The notes under the pieces: model-generated
Seen by the model: the letters and a program-made list of their open reading frames with translations, nothing else
Told to the model about the DNA's origin: nothing
Databases searched by the model: none
Position numbers and translations under genes: made by a program
Source: Microcystis aeruginosa NIES-2549
GTDB lineage: Bacteria; Cyanobacteriota; Cyanobacteriia; Cyanobacteriales; Microcystaceae
Length of the DNA stretch: 32,000 nt
Direction of reading: 5' to 3'
Assembly: GCF_000981785.2 (NCBI RefSeq)
Contig: NZ_CP011304.1
Span: forward strand, 1,410,001 to 1,442,000
Shown: in pieces, positions 16,456-23,500 of the stretch
Layout: each line of letters begins with the position of its first letter
How positions within the stretch are numbered: position 1 is the first letter of the stretch

Positions 16456-17526
16456 AAAACTACACTTGGGAATACATTCAAAAATATCCGAAACAAACTA
16501 AAAGACTATTAGGAATTGACTACCAACAACTAGAACAACTGATGGCACTTGGAAAACTTATACATCGGAAAAACCAATCAGAAATCGAAAAAACCAAAAT
16601 TAGGATTAATCAACCAGGAAGCGGAACACCTCCTAAATTATCAGAAGAGGAACAAATTGTTCTAATGTTGGTTTATTTAAGACATCATCTAAGCTTTCAA
16701 ATCTTAGGACTAATATTTCAAGTGAGTGAATCAACGGCTCATAATATCTTTACCTATTGGCAAAAACTTTTTGAAGGAGAGTTACCGCCAAGTTTGTTAG
16801 AACAAATAAAGAAGTGCCAAGAAGAGGAAATAATAATTGAACAATTAAGGGATTATGAGTTGATTGTCGATAGCGCAGAACAGCCCGTGGAGAGGCCGAC
16901 CGATTATCAAGAACAAAAAATATATTATTCGGGAAAGCAAAAAAGACATACTTTAAAAAGTCAATTTATTGTCTTGCCAAAAGCTGAAGATATTGTTGAT
17001 GTAGTTATTGGTCAACCTGGTCCGACGAGCGACATAAAAATCTGTCGGCAAACTTTAAGCAAATTCGATTCTCAACAAACTTTTATTGGAGATAAAGCTT
17101 ACCTAGGAGAAAATCAAATCAGAACTCCTGATAAAAAACCTAAGAATGGAGAATTAACCGAGAATCAAATTAAAGAAAATAAAGTTTTATCATCTCGGCG
17201 AATTTTTGTTGAGCATTTAATTCGAGTTGTCAAAGTATTTAAAGTAGTTCAAGAAAGATTTAGATTAAATAAAAGTCGATATAAATCGGTTTTACTGACC
17301 GTTTGTGGCTTAGTAAGGTTGAGAATTAGTGCGCTAATTTTAGAAGTAATAGAAGGGGAGCAATCAGGGGAAGTAATTGACGTTATAATTAGCCATAGTT
17401 TTCCGTCAAAATTGGATTTTGTCTCTTCAAACCCTGATTAATCGGTTTTGAGAGCTAATTTTGACTCTTGGTCTAATCTGCCTCTCTTCCTTGCTGTGAC
17501 TGACTTATAAATTTTTGGAGAGGTCT
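16381..17526 (+). mobile_element. 1146-bp insertion sequence of the IS5/PIF-Harbinger-like (DDE_Tnp_4) type
   Basis: Terminal IRs AGACCTCTCC (16381..16390) and GGAGAGGTCT (17517..17526), with about 17 of 22 positions matching when extended. Flanking AAT duplication at 16378..16380 and 17527..17529. One transposase ORF inside. Confidence 0.85.
16452..17441 (+). CDS. IS transposase (N-terminal HTH plus DDE_Tnp_4 catalytic domain)
   Basis: 329 aa. Candidate DDE residues lie in LIVDSAEQPVERP, FIGDKAYLG and RIFVEHLIRVVK. The YSGKQKRHTLK block is typical of this family. Confidence 0.85.
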   Translation: MKNYTWEYIQKYPKQTKRLLGIDYQQLEQLMALGKLIHRKNQSEIEKTKIRINQPGSGTPPKLSEEEQIVLMLVYLRHHLSFQILGLIFQVSESTAHNIFTYWQKLFEGELPPSLLEQIKKCQEEEIIIEQLRDYELIVDSAEQPVERPTDYQEQKIYYSGKQKRHTLKSQFIVLPKAEDIVDVVIGQPGPTSDIKICRQTLSKFDSQQTFIGDKAYLGENQIRTPDKKPKNGELTENQIKENKVLSSRRIFVEHLIRVVKVFKVVQERFRLNKSRYKSVLLTVCGLVRLRISALILEVIEGEQSGEVIDVIISHSFPSKLDFVSSNPD

Positions 17527-20500
17527 AATAATTTTGGAACAACGCCAACGTCCTTGGGAACCGTTGCGGGCTTTAAGCGGGAAAATGATCTGTCTATCCA
17601 TACCCCCACGGATCAGGATTGGTTTTCTTTTACGATTACAGGGCAGACTAACAATAATCATTACATCGCCATTGATTTTAATAACACCCAGGGGAATTTA
17701 GATTTAGCCCTCTATGATAACCAAGGTCGTCTGATTACCTACGAGGCCAATAACACCGACGGGGAGTATATATCCCTCTGGGGACTGCCCCAAGGTACCT
17801 ACCGAGCGGCGGTTTACAGTTGGCTTGGGCAAACGAATGAATATGATTTAATTATCAACGCGCCCGGAACGACTTCGGGGATTCAGAGCGACAGCTTTGA
17901 AAGCAATAACACCCGAAGCGCCGCTAAGGCCTTAAAGAATTTTGGTTGGAGTTCTGAGAGCGGCTACAAAGAGTGGAATAATCTTTCCATCCACACGGCC
18001 AGCGATGAGGATTGGTTTAGTTTTGACCTCAAGCAAACCGGTGTCGAGGGGCATTTTGTCGGCATTGCGCTGGATAATATCCAAGGGGATTTGGATATTG
18101 AGCTTTACAACAGCGCCGGTAACAAAATTGGGGAATCCAAGGGAACCCGTAATTTTGAGTCTATCAGTCTAGCGGGCCGGGGAACGGGTACTTATTTTGT
18201 GCGGGTGTTAGGTTTTAATAGTGCCGTCAATCCCAATTATTCCCTAGTCGTCAATACCCCTGGGGATGATATTTTTGAAGCCAATAATACGCGGGCAGTG
18301 GCGAAGGATTTAAGCAATCTCCGCACGTCTCCCCTCAAAACCTGGCAAAATCTGTCTATTACCGCCGGTGATAATGATTGGTTTAAGTTCAATTTACCGA
18401 GTCGGGGAACGGCTAATGATTTTGTCAGCGTTACCTTCGATCACAGTTTGGGGGATGTTGACCTAGAGCTTTATAACAGTAGCGGTACCCGTATCCTCAG
18501 TTCGGCAGGAACGTCTAATAGCGAGCGTATTTCCCTGGAGGGGCAGACTAGCGGCGATTACTTTGTGCGGGTGTTGGGTTATAACAACGCCACTAACCCC
18601 AACTACGACCTCACCATTAGCGCACCTTTAGCCAACGGGGCGGATAGCTTTGAGTCGAATAATAGTTTTTCGACGGCCTATAACCTGAATAATCAAATTG
18701 CGCCCTCCCAACAGGGGCGGCAGGTGGTCACCTTGGGGACTGATCCCGAGGAGTTTCTCTCGATTCACAACGGTAGTGATGTGGATTGGTTTAAGTTCAC
18801 GATCGCCGGCGCCGGTCAGCAGGGACATTATGCGGCCATTAGTTTTGACCACACCCTGGGGGATCTAGATCTACAGCTTTACAATAGCTCTAACACCCTA
18901 CTCAAAACCTCGGAGGGGGTCGCCAACGCCCATTCGGTGGACTTAAAGGGATTGAGTGCCGGGACTTATTATTTGCGGGTTTATGGTCACAATGGGGAGG
19001 TCAATCCGAGCTATACCTTGACAGTGGACGCGCCCTTTGCTGGGGTAACGGCGGACTGGGGGGAAGGCTCCGATAATAACAACGCGATCAGTCGGGCGAC
19101 CAACTTGGGCAAGCTTGACCGTCAGTTTAATCGGGACAATTTATCGATTACCGCCAACGACACGGACTGGTTCCGCTTCGAGATTGACGCTAAGGGCGGG
19201 GTATCTGACGCGGCGGGTATTACTTTCAACCACCAGCAGGGGGATTTGGACATTGAGCTTTACGCTTCTGATGGGACGACCCTTCTGGATTCTTCCCAGG
19301 GAGTAGGGAACACGGAGAGCATTTCCCTCAATGGCCGCAACGCGGAGGTCTATTTCCTCAAGGTCTATGGCTATGGCGGGGCGACAAATTCAGAATATAG
19401 TGTGGCCATCAGCGCCCCGGTGAATGCGGCGGGGGATTGGGCGGATCGGCTGGCGGCCAATAACACGGCGGCGACGGCGCGGGATCTGAGGACGGTGCAG
19501 GGTTTACAAACGTGGGAGCCGTTCTCGATTCACACGGCGACGGATGTGGATTGGTTTAAGTTCACGACTTTGGCGACGGCCAGCGCCACGGATTATCTAC
19601 AAATTGACTTTGACCATACCCTGGGGGATTTGGAGCTTGAGCTTTACGCTGCCAATGGCACGACTCTGTTAGGCAAGTCGGAAACCACCAATAATTTTGA
19701 GCGCTTGAATTTGGTTAACACCAGTAATCAACCCCTAGGGGCGGGAACTTATCTGGTGAAGGTGACGGGTTATAACGGCGCGATTAATCCCAGTTATCAG
19801 CTTTCCCTCAACGCGCCCGATCCTAGTGTCAGTAAGGCGGATTGGGCGGAGGCGAATAATACCCGCGCCACGGCGACGGATCTTCAGACAATTGACGGGT
19901 CTCGTCTGTTTTCGGGGCTATCCATCCATCAGGGCGGCGATGAGGATTGGTTTAAGTTTACGACCATTGGTACGGGTCTTGCGGGTCAGGAGGTGAGCAT
20001 CGCCTTCGATCACCAGTTGGGGAATCTTCAGTTGCAACTCTACCGGGAAGGTCAATCCACGCCGGTGTTAACCTCTGACACCCAGGGCGATCGGGAGTCG
20101 GTGTCTTTGGCTGGGTTAGCGGCGGGAACCTATGTGGTGCGGGTTTACGGGGCCACCGGTTCGGTGACGAATCCGGAGTATTCCCTCTCGATCAACGCGC
20201 CCCAAACCCCGGAGGCGGATTGGCTGGATAAGCGTAGTCAGCCGAACAATACCCTAACGCTGGCCTATGATCTGCGGAATATTGACGGTAGTGTGGCCCT
20301 CAGCGGCCTCTCGATTCACACCACGACGGATGAGGATTGGTTTAAGGTACAGGTCAAGCAACGCACCGCCGCTAATCAGTTTGTCAACCTTGATTTTAAT
20401 CACCAAGAGGGGGATCTGCGCCTCGAACTCTTTAACGCATCGGGGACTAAATTAAGGGAGTCCAATACCGATAAAAACTCGGAGCAGGTTTCCCTTGCGA

Positions 20501-23500
20501 ACCTCGACCCCGGCGCTTACTACGTCAAAGTGTCCGGCGCCGTCAATCCCAACTACAGCCTCACGGTGCAGGGGATTCCTGACTTGGTAGCCGACGCTTT
20601 GGAAGGCGCGACCAATGGCCCGAAGGATGCTTATCAGTTGCGGGATTTGGCGGTTAGCGGTGGGAAAAACCTATTTCCAACCCCTACATACACCTATACG
20701 AGTCCCTACACCGGTAGGACGCAAACTTTTTATAGCGAAGCAGCTTGGACTGCCGCAATGATTACAGATAGAGATTATCACGAAGGATTATCCCGAAATC
20801 AAAAACGAGTAGAACAAAGACGGACATCCTCCGTACAAGCTTCTCCCCAAAGTAGCCGTACACCCCAACAAAGCTCTTCCCCCCGAACGGTAACACTTTC
20901 CCGCGATGAAGTGGGGATACTCGTTCAACTGGCCAGCCGAACTAATAATCCTCGTGCTTCTATACTTAGGTGGCTAAATATAGAGTCTCTGAATCAAATA
21001 AAAATAAAATCTTTAGGACAAAATCTAACAAGCATCCCCGATCTTTCCATCGACACCGCCACTGATCAAGACTGGTTCAGATTCACATTATCGGGTCAAG
21101 GGCAAGACGGACAATATGTCGGTTTAAACTTCGATAACTCTTTAGGAAACTTACAACTCGAACTCTTTGAAGTCTTTAACACCGACACCAATACCACCGA
21201 GAGCCAATACCGAACCTTCCTAGTCGATCGCACTGGGGGCAACAGTGGCAATCAACAGATCAACCTCGCCGGATTAGCCAAAGGGGATTACCTAGTACGA
21301 GTCAGTGGCGTTAACGGTGCGACCAACCCGAACTATAACGTGGTCTTTAACGCTCCCCCTGTTCTAGACACCGCCGGGGATTGGACAGAAGCCACCACCG
21401 ACAACACCGCCAGCAAACCCTACGACCTCAAAACCGTCGAAGGCGTAACCTCCCTCAGCGCCCTCTCCATCCACACCGCCAGCGATCGAGACTGGTTCCA
21501 ATTCAAAACCACCAGCGTCGGCAAAGCCGGTCATAACCTCCGCATCGACTTCAACCACGCCCTCGGCGACCTCGATCTCGTCCTCTATAACCAAGACGGC
21601 ACCACTGTGCAGGGACGATCCGAAACCACCGAAAACTACGAAGAAATTAGCCTCGACGGCCTCGCCGCCGGTACTTATCAAGTCCAAGTCCTCGGCTACC
21701 AAAACGCCACCAACCCCAACTACACCCTCACCCTCAGCGCCCCCAACGGCACTCAAACCCCCATCCTCTCCGACTACCTCGAAACCAACAACAGCGCCGC
21801 CACCGCCACCGACCTCGATCGCATCAGTAACCTCCGTAGTATCCCTGGACTCACCATCCATCAAGGAGACAACGACTGGTTTAAATTCACCACCACCCAA
21901 ACCAGCACCGCCGCCAACTTCCTCAGCGTCGAATTTGAACACGCCCAGGGCGACCTACAACTAGAACTCTATCGGGCCAGCAACCTGACCACCCCCTACA
22001 AAACCGCCAACCTCTCCAGCGCCACCAATAACCGAGAAACCCTTTCCCTCGCCGGAGAAATCGCCGGCACCTACTACGCGCGGGTCATCGGCAACAGCAA
22101 CGCCACCAACAACTACCAGTTCTACATCGACGCGCCCACCAACGCCGCCAACACCAAAAACGAATGGACGATCTTCGTCTATATGACCGGCAGTGACCTC
22201 GCTGAATCCGCCTTCAACGACATCAACGAGATGGAACTGGCCGCCGCCTCCCTGCCCAGTAACGTCAAAATCGCCGTCTTCTGGGATCAAACCGCCAACC
22301 GACCCTACGCCACCGCCAATCAAACCGCTTGGGGAACCGCCGGCTGGGCCATTCTCCAACCCGACACCGATTTAGAGCGCGTCGCCACCCCCTTCACCCT
22401 CCTAGACGAGAAAAACTCCGGCGATCCCGCTACCCTGACGGAATTTATCAACCTCGCCAAATCCGCCGCCCCGGCCAATAACTACGGACTGATCCTGTGG
22501 AACCACGGCAACGGCGAACTCGGAGGCTTTAACGTCGATAACGAAGGCACCTCCGCCAATACCGGTGCCGATCGCCTCTACAGTACCGAACTCGACACCG
22601 CCCTCCAAAACGTCAAAAACGCCGATCCCAGCTTCTCCCTCAAACTGTTGGCTTTTGATGCCTGTTTAATGGCTATGGCGGAAGTTGCCTATATGGTACG
22701 CAACCACGCCGAAATTTTTGTCGCCTCTCAGGAAGCCGCCGAAGACACCGGCTACGACTACACCACCGCCTTCGCCGCCCTGATCAATAACCCCGGCGAA
22801 GTCAAAGCCATCGATCTGGCCAATAGCCTCATCGCCAGCTACCAACAACAACACCAAGGCGACCGTCGGGGTTGGGATACCCTCTCCGCCACCAGCACCT
22901 CTGCCCTCAACACCCTCGTCACCAGCGTCAAAACCTTTACCGACGCCGCCGTCGCCCTCACCAGTAATGCCACTTGGGACGCGATCAAAGATGCCCGCGA
23001 TTTCGCCAACAGCTTCTACCCCGCCCCCTACTACCGGGATTTAGGTCAGTTCCTCCAAGCCGTCGCCACCAGCGCCAACAGCAATCTTCCCGCCAATCTC
23101 AAAACCGCCGCCAATAACGCCCTCACCGCCCTGCGTAACCTAGTGGTGGATAAAACCGCCGACCAACGCAACGTTCAGGGTCTCTCGGTCTATTTTCCCG
23201 ACAGCGGGGCGATCGATGCCGGTTACCTCGGCCGCAACTCGCAATTCCTCAACGCCACCGGCTGGACAAATTTCCTCAACGCCTTTACCACCCGCGGCAG
23301 TAGCACCCGCAACCCCCTCCTACAGGATTGGGCCGAAGGCAACGACGTGGCCGCCCGCGCCTTTAACCTCAACACCTTAACCGGTAGCGGCCATCGCTTT
23401 ACGAACCTCAGCCTTCCCAACGCCGCCGATCAAGACTATTACCGCTTTAACCTTTCCCAAGCCGGTGCCACCAGCAACACCCTCACTGTTTCCTTCACCC

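Noticed and set aside
14775-17661. Minus-strand ORFs 14775-14999, 16305-16496 and 17473-17661
   Set aside because: They are antisense to the giant gene fragments or straddle the IS ends. 17473-17661 crosses the IS right inverted repeat, so it could not predate the insertion.
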